A DNA stretch of 64,000 nt, from NCBI GenBank assembly GCA_965112735.1, contig OZ218951.1, positions 5,270,001 through 5,334,000 on the forward strand, written 5' to 3'. Position numbers and translations under genes: made by a program. Source of the stretch: Phaeosaccion multiseriatum. Lineage: Eukaryota; Protista; Ochrophyta, other classes. The number at the start of each line of letters is the position of its first letter. Position 1 is the first letter of the stretch. Positions 49,652 through 62,072 of the stretch are shown here, one piece after another. The notes under the pieces were generated by a model that was not told the origin of the DNA, searched no databases, and was given only the letters and a program-made list of their open reading frames with translations.

Positions 49652-52497
49652 ATGATGGCGCCCCCTGCTACCGCTCCTGGCAGTATAGGCGGGTTTCGCA
49701 AGGGAAGAGAAGGGGCAGAACCACTCCAGCACCACCCAAACAAGAATGCCAGTATACTGAAGCATCTCCACCCAGGTAGAAGGAGTAACCAACACGACGA
49801 GCAGCAGCAGCAGCAGCAGCAGCACTCGGCACAGCAAGGAGGGGAGCCGCAGGTGCAGTGGGAGCCGCAGGACTCAGGAGGCGATGCAGTCGCCCTTCGA
49901 CCCTTCTCATCCAATAACCGCAGAGCGGCGCAACGCCTCACTAACTTTAGAGCATACCTGTCCAAGTCTTCCGTGGCTGCCTGCTTTGGCGACCTCGCGG
50001 AGATGGTCGACGAAGGGCTGATCACTGAGTCGGGCCTATACCCATCTAACCTAGACAAGGAGCGCAATGAGATGAGAAAAACTATCATGTCCTCCAATTC
50101 GCCGACCCTTCGAGCCTCCTCTAGAGTCGGAGGGAGGAAAGGGAATAGGGGAAATAGCGCGAGGCCGCGTGGCCGCACGGCTCCCCCTGGAGGAGGAGGA
50201 GGAGCAGTACGTGGCGGGGACAATCCGGTAGGGGGACGAGCAACGGCTCCGGCTGCGGCTGGTGGACGGGGCCGAAACATGCAGCTAGACTTGGCTCAAG
50301 TCAACAATCGACCCGGCACCACACACGGGAGTAGCCGACCGCACCAACCCTCTCCGCCGCGGGGAGCGTTGCCTGGTCGACCGAGGACGAGCGGAGCGGT
50401 GGGGGCGGGGAGGACGGTCGAGGCGCCGGCGAACATCACAGCAGCCAAGAGGGCTGTAGTGCAGAGAGGGGGGAGTCTTTCGGCTGAGATGAGCACGGGC
50501 AGTGGCGGCCATGGAAGTAAGGCCCATCCGCAAAAGAGCAAGTCGAGAGGAGCTCGCAATAGTAATGGCGGGGTCATTGTTGTAGAGCAGGGTTGGATGA
50601 CGATGCAGCAGCCGCCTGGAGCGAAGCGATTATCTAGAGGAGGAGGAGGAGGAGGAGGAGGAGGAGAAGGAGGAGGAGGAGGAGGAGGAGGAAAAGGAGG
50701 AGGAAGGGGGGGGCTCTCTAGAGGAGCAACGGGAGGAGTTCAAGGTCAAGGGACCGGTAGATTGGCGGAAGAGAGAGGGTTGGAACCGGAGGCGGAAGGA
50801 GTGGGGAAGGGCCACATGAACGTCTCTTTTCCCGTGCTCGCTCCTTCCTCTGCATGCGCCTCTGGGCTCGGCCAGAACGAGCAACAGCAGGGACAAAAAC
50901 AGCCGCAGCAGCCCTCGTTCTCCCCCCAGGCATCTCCCCAGCAGCTGGGCGCAAGACCCGCAACGGCGGCAGGAGGAGCAGCAGCAGGAGGAGCAGCAGG
51001 AGGCACCATCACGAGCAGCAGCAGTACGCTCACCTCTCGGTCCAGCTCACGCAAGGGCCCGCGCCCCGGAGGGGGAGCGAGCGGTTCGAATCTGTCCTCC
51101 AACACTTCGTCGACGTGCGGCTTGGTGCCGCTTCAGACTGCGCGAAGGAGACAAACGTCGAAAGGCAGCTCTTGTACGGAGGAGAAAGTTCGAAAGGTGC
51201 GTTTGTTATATTTCGTGCGTTGTTGTATGTTATTTGTGTGTAACAAACCTCTCTCTTATTTCTTGAGGGGAAGTCTTGATGTGAGTGTGTGATGGGCAGG
51301 GCGCTCGACGCGCACGCACACACACACGCTGCTCTTCCTCTGTTGTTGGTCATGGACCGAACTGAGCGGTGGCGCTGGAGCGCGGGGAAAAGTAAGCCAT
51401 CTGCGTTGTGGTGCAATGGGTACCTCGTCATCTGCGTGCCCACACACTACCTAAGCGCACTCGATCATCATTCACTTCCATACCAACCCCAACCAACCAA
51501 CCAACCAACCAACCAACCAACCAACCAACCTACCAACCTACCAACCTACCGACCTACCTACCTACCTACCTACCTACCTACCTACCTACCTACCTACCTA
51601 CCTACCTACCTACCTACCTACCTACCTACCTACCTACCTACCTACCTACCTACCTACCTACCTACCTACCTACCTACCTACCTACCTACCTACCTACCTA
51701 CCTACCTACCTACCTACCTACCTACCTACCTACCTACCTACCTACCAACCAACCAACCAACCAACCAACCAACGAACCGACAGGTGCGGGAGGCAAAGCT
51801 GCTATTGGAGCAGGCAGAGGAGGACAAAAAGAGGAGCGCCCTCGTCAAAAACGACCTCCGCAGAGGGCTTGCCGACCTCGACAGGCAACGGGTGGAGGCG
51901 CAGACGCTAGGCATCTTGAGTGTCGTCATCGGGCTGGCCATGTCCACCTGGCGAGTGAGGGAGGCAGAGTGTAGGAGGAAGGCGGCGGAGGATGCGAGGA
52001 TCCACAAGGCGATTACTGTGCTGCAGCGGGCGTGGAAGCTCTTCTTCAGCCGGCGGATGCTTGGTCTGCTGGTGCATTTCAAGCGCGTTCAGACGCACTT
52101 TGTCCTGTGCCTTCGCATTCGCAGAAAGAGAAAGGCGGTGCGGATTGCAAAGGTGCGTGCGTGCGTGCGGGCGGGCATGACTTTGTTTCTGTCCTCGCTC
52201 CGTGCTCCTCGCTCCGTCCGGAAATGCGAAACTGTCTGGACATGAGTCGCGGGGACAAGGTCTCAGGGGGGGAGGGTGACGGCTCGGAAAGGGGTAGCGA
52301 GAGAAGTGTCTTGTAGGGGGCTGTACGAGGTCGACTATATAGCGAGGTAGGCAAGGCCTAGACACTCATCAAGGAAGGGAAGTGCGGAGCGCGTGATGTA
52401 TTGTGAAAGGATGGGACGAACACTCATCAAGAAGCGATCCAGTCTTGCTCCCTCCCTCCCTCCCTCCCTCCCTGCTGCTTCGTTCTGCCGAATTCTG

Positions 52498-52585
<88 letters not shown>

Positions 52586-54090
52586 CTGTCTCTTTCTTTC
52601 TCTGTGTGCTTCTCTCCTATCTACCTTCCGCACCTATGTGATCGTCACCTCATCTTCCTTCACATTTTCCATTTGCTTCAATTGCCGTACTGCGAGCTCA
52701 TAAACTACCACCCACCCACCCATCTCTCACCCCTCTCCCACACTTACCTTCTCCTTTCCCTTCCCCCAATCCCTCCCTCCACAGGCCTTCCTCGCAGAGT
52801 GTGAGAAGAACCGCTCCGGCCCCTCCACTGTGGTGAAGCACTATTTGCTGCAGATTCGCCGCTGCCAGCGCATCGTACGCGAGTGGCTCATATGCAGACG
52901 TGCCCGAGCGGAAATCGTGCTCAGACACTGGGACAAGGTGTGTGTCCGTGTGTGCGTGCGTGCGTGGGTGGGTGGGTGTAGTGGCCTGCGTGGGTGTCCA
53001 GCTATTGTCGTAGCTGGCGTCACCCTTGCCTCTTTGAGATCAACGCATTCGCGCTCACTCACCAATGGCCACCTTCAACTTCGCCGTCCCTCCGCTTTAT
53101 GCGCCGCATCGTGACTGCATCCACCCGCAGATCGAGGCTGTTGTGAGGAAGGAGTTCCTGCTTCAAGCCGCCAAGCAACAAGCGCGTTTGGAGAGGCACA
53201 TGATCAAGAGCAAGGTCCGGACCCTGTCGATGACGACCTTACTCCGAGTCTGTGATCTCACGCAGCTGTACCGCTACCCGCTAACACCCCTCCCCTCACG
53301 CCCTCCCCACACTCATCTTTCTCGTGCCTCCCCCCCCCCCTTATCATCTGTGATACGCACAGGTGGATGACCAAATCGTGAACCAGTGGACCGAATTGCA
53401 AGGCAAGACCCGAGCTCTGTATACCAAGCTCGATCGAATAAGTGAGTGCAATATATTATATTTGATGAAAGAATAGCGTACAGCCCGCTGCTTCCCACGC
53501 ACTGGCTGGACTGGCGCCTTCGGAGTCGATGGTTTCGCTCTCGTCCTTCTGCTGTGGCACCTCCATCGTTTTCTCGCTCTCCGCATTCAATCTCAACAAC
53601 ATGGCTGCGAACGTCGTCCGATCTGAAATTGACGGCTCGAAGGACGGATCAAATCGAGTCGCTCCACCTGAGCGAACGAAAGAACTCAACTTTGCTTTCA
53701 ACTGAACCGCACAACCGTAAAAACACCGCAGATACAAGGATCGAGAGGAATCGAGAGAATAATCCCCCCGACTGGCCGACGGGAGGGAGTGGCGGAAGCT
53801 CCGGTCGGCTAACATGGTCGCAGGATGGAGCAGAAGCGGCAGCAGCAGCAGCAGTAGGAGGAGGAGGTGGAGCGGGAGGGGGGGGCAGGCCCCTATCCGG
53901 CACCATCAGCAGAGAGTCTGGAAAGGTGTGGAGCAGTCAGGGCAACACCGTTGGTCGGTCGAGCAGTTCCGAGTCCATCCTCTGTCGCTTCTTGGGCACC
54001 AATCGCAAGAAGGCAGGCATTCTCATGGAGGTGAGGCAGGGTGTTGGAGCGAGTCGAGTCGGTAATCAGTGACCACGGCGGGCGGGCAGG

Positions 54091-54149
<59 letters not shown>

Positions 54150-55344
54150 TCTCTCTCTCTCCCTCAACTTTTTCTTCCTTCCTTCCCTTCCGTCCTTCCC
54201 TTCCTTCCCTTCCTCCCCTTCCTCCCCTTCCTCCCTTTCCTTGCTTCCTTGCTTCCTTCCTTCCTTCCTTCCTTCCTTCCTTCCTTCCTTCCTTCCTTCC
54301 TTCCTCCTTCCTTCCTTCCTTCCTTCCTTCCTTCCTTCCTTCCTTCCCTCCTTCCTTCCTTCCTTCCTTCCTTCCTTCCTTCCTTCCTTCCTTCCTTCCT
54401 TCCTTCCTTCCTTCCTTCCTTCCTTCCTTCCTTCCTTCCTTCCTTCCTTCCTTCCTTCCCTCCTTCCTTCCTTCCTTCCTTCCTTCCTTCCCTCCTTCCT
54501 TCCTTCCTTCCTTCCTTCCTTCCTTCCTTCCTGCCGTCGTTCGTTCCGACCTTCCTCCGTCCGTCCGTCCGTCCGTCCGTCCCTCCCTCCGTCCCCCCGT
54601 TCCTCCCTCCGTCCCTCCCTTCCTCCCTCCTTCCTTCCCTCCCTCCCTGCCCTCTTCGTGCACATTCCTAAGCACGTACTCTCGTTTGCTTGACCCCACT
54701 GAATGACTAACCTACGTATGCACACGTATGTACATGATTTTCCTTCCATACTCTTGTAACCAGGAGCTGCGTCTCAAATTCGGCCTCTTCACCCGCCTCG
54801 GGGCCTCGTCCAAGAGCGCCAGAGTGGTGGGGGGAGGACCTGTCAAGATTGACGCCAGAGACGCTCTGGCACTCATCACGGGAGATGCTGCCGCTACTGA
54901 GGTTAGGAGGGAGGGAGGGAGGGAGGGACGGGGAGAGGGAGGAAGAAGGCCTGCGCGTGCGAGGGAGGGAGAAGATGGACGAACATCATCGCTGCTGCCT
55001 TCTTTCTCACGCTACGACCCTACCCCACAGTTCAGTTCAGTTCAGTTCATTGGACCTTAACCAATGTCGATCCCACGATCCAATATCGATCTACCCCACC
55101 CTGAAGAGTGCGACTTATGACAAGCCATCCCCTCTCCCCTCTCCCCTCTTCCTTGTTCATACGCAACGAACAGGAGCTGCTCGCTCAGTCAGTAGGGCTG
55201 GGCACCAAGTCCAGTGCTCGCAAGGTGAAGGTGGTACCACTCATCCTCACCAGCACGGATCTTGGGCGACCCTGGAGAGACATCGTAGTGGAAACACTGC
55301 GCATGGAGTTCGATTCCGCTCAGACGCGAGCCACTTTCGTTTGA
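49652..55344 (+). CDS. Hypothetical multi-exon protein with IQ-like motifs
   Basis: Long low-complexity exon 1 (49652-51196). Later exons include [16 protein letters not shown] and [16 protein letters not shown]; the protein ends ..TRATFV* at 55344. Internal exons near 53.4-54.1 kb are uncertain. Confidence 0.65.
51489..51772. repeat. (CTAC)n array flanked by (CCAA)n
   Basis: About 190 bp of perfect CTAC repeat (51553-51746) in an intron. Confidence 0.97.
52500..52581. repeat. (CT)n microsatellite
   Basis: Perfect dinucleotide array. Confidence 0.97.
54091..54650. repeat. (CT)n + (CCTT)n + (GTCC)n compound microsatellite
   Basis: Directly visible; it generates the spurious FLPS/GRKE ORFs. 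Confidence 0.97.
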
Positions 55345-56407
55345 CGAGACGGCCCATTGCCTTGACGTTCAATAATATATAACACTAATATATTACAGTC
55401 TTTGCATTCGAACAAGTTCGTGTCGTTTCATAGTAGGACGAGTAAGTCTGAAACCTCCAGTCAGGGAAACCGTGCTGCCTTCTGGCCCTTTCATGAAGGC
55501 GCTGGGAAGGGTCCCAGACCGAGGGCAAGGAAATATCGAGACTGAGGGCATGGAGAGCGAGAATGTATCTGGGGCGAAGCACTCATGTATGATGACAAAC
55601 AAGCCGAACACGTGCCCCCTCGCCATGCCCAAGGAGGAGAAAGAACGGAGAACTCGAAACCGTCTCCTCACGGCAACCGCAACTGCCCAGGTTCATTGTA
55701 CAGCACCCATCTTCATCTCTGTCCCTTTCCCCTTTCTGGCTCCGGCCACACCTCCACGCCCTATCGTCCGACCCTGACCAGGGAATGACCTGAAAGAGCT
55801 GTGCGTCGCCGTGAGTCTCCGCCTCAGATGGCAGCAGATGGCAGTATATGGTGCTTCCGCCGGCCGAGCGTCGAGGGCCAAACTCTCGGGACAACAACGG
55901 AGCTGCTGCGATGCCACACCAGCCCCGCCCCCCTCCGTGCTCCCGTGTACGTAGGTATAGAGGTAGAGAGGGGAGGGAGGGAGGGAGGTGGGTGGAGAGG
56001 TATCACACACACACACGGGCCCACGGGTGCGGGTGCGGGTGGGAGGAGGGAGAGAAGAGCGGCAGGAGCGAAGAAGCAGCGTCGACGACCGGGAAGTCCT
56101 GGATTTGACTCTGGTCCTGTCTCCTCTCCTCTCCTCTCCTCTCCTCTCCTCTGCTATGTAAGCATACGTAAGCATACGTAAGCTAGTCCTTTTCGCACGT
56201 GTGGGGCTCCATGTTGGCTTGCCCGCGCAGTGACGAAGTTGGGGGGGAGGAGGATGCTCCTCCCAGCCAAGCCCATCTCGTCCCCACCCATCGCACCCAT
56301 CGTGATTAGCAGCACCAGCAGCGAGCCCCACCGCACCACCGCCACCACCACCGCCACCAGTTGGTGATACAGTGGCACACTATCGCTCTCTCTATCTCTC
56401 TCATCAC

Positions 56408-58884
56408 CTACCAATCGGGGTCGTTGAGAGAGAGGGTGAGCTTATCGTCGATGTCTGCGGTACCCATCACCTTGGTGAAGTCACTGATGGAGAGGAAGGC
56501 CCCGCTTGGGTCTGAAGAGGCCTCTGCGAGTATGCGTGTCGCAACTTCTTCGAGGTCAAGCTCGACATCGTCGCTGCTGTTGGTCACCAGGCCGAGGTAT
56601 CTACAAGAGAGAGAAGCGCAGGCAGAGGGGAGTAGGGACAGGGCAGAGAGACGGACGGCAGTAGGAGGAGGCAGAGTGGAAAGGGAAAAGTCGGGTCGGG
56701 GGGGGGTAGGGAGCGGGTAGGGTGGGGTGGGGGTTTCGTGTCAGAGCACTGTCCCAAGAGGGAGAAAGGGTTTCACTCTACGCTTACAGGCGCTGGCCAC
56801 TGTGGAGGCATGTGAACAGCAGCCCTCCCACCATGTCCTGACACCCGTCCCACTCACCATCCTGACCACCCCGCCCCGCCCCCCCACCCACTCCACTCTC
56901 CTGGCATTCCCCACCCACTGTCCTGACACTCTCTGTAGCAGTGCAGGTTCTCTCTCTCCATAGCACTTCAGTCCATGGCAGTTTCAACAGTTTCAGAATC
57001 AAGATATGGATTAACTCACGCGAGGAGGTCTCCCTTTCCGATTTGATTGTCTCCATCAAAGTCGTGAAGCACGAAGGCCATTTTCAGCTTGGCATCCAGG
57101 GCTGGGGACGGGTCCCAAGGGGGATTCCCCAGGTGGGTTGTTTCCAACATGAGCAGGACGGAACGAGAAGAGCAGAGAGGGCGTTACAGAACGGAATATG
57201 GACACTGAAGATCGGTGTTGCAGGGTCGGGCACGCAGTGGTGGTGGGGGGGGAGGTACGATTCCATCAATCCACAGGTGGGCCCCTCAATACTTGTCGGG
57301 AGGTGTTTCCACCAGTTCGTAGAAACAGCACGCGCACACACCCACCCACACACACCAACACACGCACACACACACATACATATACACACTTACGCGATGT
57401 GGAGTTGTTAAAGATGCTGAGAATTTCAATAAAGTCTCTGAAGGGAACGGGCTCGTCGTTGCCCACAAAGCCGAAGCACTTTTTGAGTTGGCCCCGGAGG
57501 GGATTGAGCTTGACACCAGGTATTGCGAGGAACTCCTGATCCGGGAAGGAAGGAAGGAAGGAAGGAAGGAAGGAAGGAAGGAAGGAAGGAAGGAAGGAAG
57601 GAGGGAGGGAGGGTTGGGGGATAGAGGCATACGGGCAGGGGGGAGGGCTAACCACAACCACACTGCTGTGTGTGTGTGTGTGTGAGAGAGAGAGAAGGAT
57701 AGAAGAGCCTATGGCTCGGTATTTGGGCGTTTGAGGCGAGTGTAAACTAGAGAGACATGTGTATGATACAAGGCATTGAAGAGAGTTGTGTGTGAGAAGG
57801 CCAGAAGAGCACAGGTGCGTCACAGTCAAGCGGCAAGGGGTGAATCCCATGAGGAATACGGAAGAAACCCCCTCCCCTCCCTCCCTCCATTCCTCGTCCA
57901 TCGCACCTCTTCAGTGATGGAGTAAGCCTTGCGCACATGCATTAGGAACATCTGTCGATTGGTCCGAACCTCACGACTTGTGTCTGACGGTTACGAAACG
58001 CCGTTGGGTGTAGCAGCAGGTAGGGCAGGCGCAAGGGGGAGGGGAGGCGAGAGAAGGAGGGAAGACGTTAGAGCAGGGTCATGGCGGGTGGAGGCGGTCT
58101 CAGGCAGTCTCCGCATCTTTCGTTATGCCCCATGCCCCACGCACGCACCCACGTGCAGTCGCTCCTTCGTGTGCTAAACAACAAGAGAAGAAGAAGAAGC
58201 TAGCCCAAGATGTGCAGATAGTGGAGGTATCAGTCAGTCAGATGGACGAGAGATACAAGCTTCAGACAGGAGACACGTTGATGCTCTCGGCTATGACCGA
58301 GTCGACCCTTCTCTTGGTGACCCTGAATGTACGCGCGTTGGTGCTCTGCAAGACCATATTGAGTAACCTCTTTACTCACATCCGGTGATCATCTTTAGCT
58401 CCTCCACCACCTCCTCCTGCAGATCCATTTGGGGGAGGGGGTTCCCCACAATCATAGCCCAAAGTTTCTCGTACCACTTGGTAGGCACCACACGGAAGGG
58501 GTAGCGCTCCTCCTACCGGAAGTGAATAAACGAATTGGAACAGCGCAATATAGGCAGAGGGGCATGTGTGTGAGTGTCATTGCGTGTGTGAGTGGGTCTG
58601 TGGTCTTTATCCCTTGAGTGTAAGGCCCTCCCACGACGTGGCATTCGAGAAGAGCCGCGAGCACTGACCAGAGGGAGGAGGTGCAATGGTTTTCCCTTCC
58701 GTTGTGGCTGAGGAGGCTCTTTGACTTGGGCTTCAATATCTCCCACTGGATCCGTACGGCTTGGCTCTGGGGGAGGTTTTCTTAAGCGTTCGCAAAGAGA
58801 CATACAGATAGGAGAGCGAGAGAGCGAGAGAGAGTGAGAAATGAAGTGCGAGATGGAGACAGAGAGTAAGAAAGAAGAGAGAAA

Positions 58885-58928
<44 letters not shown>

Positions 58929-59247
58929 TATACCGCGACAGGATCGGGAATGAGTACGTCAGGGACGCAAGTAGGGAGAGTGGCAGCAGCATGACAAGAG
59001 GGATATCGCAACCAGTACTCATCACCCCTTCCGAGCACCCTTCTTCTTACCCAAGTTCATTCGCACTGGAGTCGTCTCTCTCAAGAGAACTACTTTCCCT
59101 CCGGTACGAGTCATCATCGTCATGATCGAATCTTGCACTTTCACTGCCGTCACTATTGCTGTCGCTATGGCTATTCTCGTCGTTATGGCTTGCCTCGGTC
59201 CCTTCCGAGCTATTTCCGTCCTCATCCTCTTCCTCGTATGGATTCAT
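56408..59247 (-). CDS. CIB / calcineurin-B-like EF-hand protein with acidic N-terminal extension; multi-exon
   Basis: ELKMITG|YTSREV, EFLAIPGVKLNPLRGQLKKCF, VPFRDFIEILSIFN, KLKMAFVLHDFDGDNQIGKGDL (EF hand), LSISDFTKVM. TAG at 56408-56410, although a GTAGGT donor overlaps it. Confidence 0.8.
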
Positions 59248-59669
59248 GTTTCCCTTGCTACACGACCACCGATGTCTTCGCGTCTTCCAGAGGATTCCTC
59301 CTCCTCATGCCTCCAGCTATGTCTGTTGTCGCCACCCTCCTCTCGCTCTTTCTTGGGCTGCTTTTGCTCAGCCGAAATTGCTCTTCGATTTTCGATTTCA
59401 ACCGTCCTTGGCCCAGTCCCATGCAAGTTGGTTCAAAAATCGGCACGCGATTTAAACCTCAAGTAACCTTTCTGCTGCTGCTCTGCCTCCGTGGGTATTC
59501 CTGCCTCAGATCCTCCTTTGACTATAGACGCCAGAGGCTGAGGCAGAAGGTGGGGTCCAGACAGGTGGTAGTTGTGATTTTGTGCCCAAGGGAGTAGAGA
59601 CCAATGATGGAGCACCATCAGCATCGTTAGCAGGAGGAGCAGGAACCAGCAGGAAGAGGAGGTCCGGAC

Positions 59670-60701
59670 ATGATGCCTGCTCACTCGGCGGCCTCACCAG
59701 CAGCTAGACGTGCTGTGGCTGCTGCTGATGCTGCTGCTGTGGCGCCTCTCGCACTGAGTGCCGCAGCAGCAACTCTGGCGTGCCTTGTAAGCAGCGTAGT
59801 GAGAATGTTGGTGATGATGGGCTACGCCATGCTTAGAAGGAGGAAGCGCTCCTCATTTTCAGGGAGAGCGAGGGCACTGGGGTTTGGCCTTCGGGGAGAC
59901 CCGGTAGAGGAAGGCTTTGAGGAAGGCGAGGGGAGAGAGGGAGGGAGGGCAGCGACGGCCAGGACCGGCAGGGTGAACAGGAGCAGCAGCAGTGGGAGAA
60001 GAAGAGCGAGGGGCGTCCTGGGAGTCTCTGGTCTTTCGGCTGCCACATCCCTCTCCGGCGCAGCGGCGGCATCAGCAGCTATGCCGCCGTCATGTGCCCT
60101 GGCCTTTGCCTTACCACCGCCATCTGCTCTTGGGGTATCACCACCGCCATCACGTTCGGGGGTAGCAGCAGTGCCACGACGGGTGTTTGGCGCAACGAGG
60201 CCTGGGCAAGCAGCAGCAGCAGCAAGGACGACCTTCTCCTCCGCCCGGCGAGGCGACGGCTGCTGCTCCTCTATGACCTCTCGCCTAGCCTTCTCCAGTG
60301 CTGCCCCGGCTGACCCCAAGCGTAAGCAGAGAAGCCACTCTAATACTTCATCGTGTAGGCAGCTTCGCATGGCCGCGGAGGGAGGAGGAGGTGGGAGCAG
60401 CAGTAGCAGCAGCGGTGGAAGGAGACCCCTCAACCCACTCGTAGGTCGGCGAGGTGTGGACGGCGTGGAGAAGGGGACCGTCAGTGGCAGCAGTGGAAGC
60501 GCCAGCGCAAGCACCAGCCGCGATAGAGGCGCCTTCCGCCGAGCGAGGAAACTCACAAGAAGGAGGGCAGCAGAGCCTTCAGTGGGCATCTTTGGGGAAG
60601 GGGGTTCGGGAGGTGAAACTTCAGCTTCGAGTGGGCTTCGTAGCATCCTCAACCGCCGCTTACGCCGCCGCCGCCGCCGCCGCAGCAGCAGTAGTAGTAG
60701 T

Positions 60702-60733
<32 letters not shown>

Positions 60734-61773
60734 CAGCAGCCGCAACAGCAACAGAGAGGGGACCACTGACGAGGGCTTCTTCCCAGAAATTCCGGACGAG
60801 TTTTCGAGTAGTGCCCGAGGAGGGCGAGGGGGCGGGGTTGACGAGAGGGAGGAGGGTGATCAAAGCAGCGCAACAACACCACCACCAGCAGCAGCACCAG
60901 CAGCAGGTGGTACAGAGCCGCCGCGGTGGGGTGGAGGAGGTGGGGGAGCAGCAGCAGCAGGGGGGGGGGAGACGGAGCTGGGAAGAGGCATGTCACCCAC
61001 ACGACGTCGCCCTCCAAAGACAGAGGCTCAGAAGCGGAAGTTGGAGATCGAGAGGATGAGGGCGGAGCAGGACGAGGAGGAGAGGCAGAGGAACGAGGCG
61101 CTCAGTAGGAAGAGGGAAGCGTTCAGGAGCCGGATGGGAAGGGTGAGGAGGAACGGTAGCGGTAGCAGAGGCATAGGCAGTGGTGGTGCTGGTGCAGGTG
61201 GTCGCGTTGACACCGACCAGGGACGAGGGGTTGGAGAAGTGGGAGGAAGAGGAGTAGGAGGACGAGGAGGAGGAGTAGAATCATCCAGAGAAGAAGGAGG
61301 AGGAGCAAGAGGAGCAGGAGGCCCGGCAAGAGTGGGTCCTCCGGGGAGCCTCATGGACCCCAACCAGTTCCACATGAACCAGGAGCTTCACAGTGTGGTG
61401 CAGGCCCAATTCGAGGTGCTAGCCGCTGTGCTTGATGCCTCTGAGTGCAGCCTCTACTTCCGGAGAGAGGATCCCGAGTCAGGCAGTATGAGTTTCCACC
61501 TTGCCGCGGTGTACCCGGAGAGGAAGGGTATATATGTAGCCGGCCCGTCGGGCCCAGCCATGAAGACCAAAGGTGAGCGCATCAGGTGGAGGGAGGGAGG
61601 GAGGGAGTGCATGACTGATTGAGAGAGTGAGTGAGTGAGTGAGTGAGTGAGTGAGTGAGTGAGTGAGTGCGTGCGTGCGTGCGTGAGTGAGTGAGTGAGT
61701 GAGGGAGAGACTGCTTAAGCTCTCCATGTCGTCGTCTCAAGTCAATCTCTGCCGGTATGTCTCTCTTTCTCTT

Positions 61774-61806
<33 letters not shown>

Positions 61807-62020
61807 ATGTGTGTGTGTGTATGTGTGTGTGTGTGTGTGTGTGTGCATGAAGAGACGTGCGCGCCCCGCCCTCGCCCCATCCCTCTCTGAAGTTGCTTCC
61901 TTTTCATGATTTCCGCTTCTTCGTGCTGTTTCTCCTCCCCCCCCCCCCAACAGTCCCCCTGGAGCTTGTGGGTCTCACGGACCCCCAAACGCTCCTACCT
62001 CAATTCCCCTTCATCAAGGT

Positions 62021-62072
<52 letters not shown>

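Larger units (their letters stand above)
8858..56372. repeat. Dispersed 15-bp unit GGTGATACAGCAGTT (core GTTGGTGATAC), mostly inside exons
   Basis: Exact core on + at 19099, 19613, 20224, 20690, 20705, 56360 and on - at 25684-25694, 26039-26049, 29669-29679. Variants at 8511, 8858, 8873, 20678, 22759, 29311, 29381, 40507. Confidence 0.85.

Noticed and set aside
51289-51780. PTYL/PTNQ repeat protein
   Set aside because: Translation of an intronic (CTAC)n/(CCAA)n array; the real exon starts at 51784.
53893-54749. ORFs of GRKE/FLPS repeats (also at 1094-1961 and 57266-57901)
   Set aside because: Stop-free translations of intronic (CCTT)n microsatellites.
55393-56331. Separate small minus-strand gene
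   Set aside because: No recognisable motifs and no consistent splice model.
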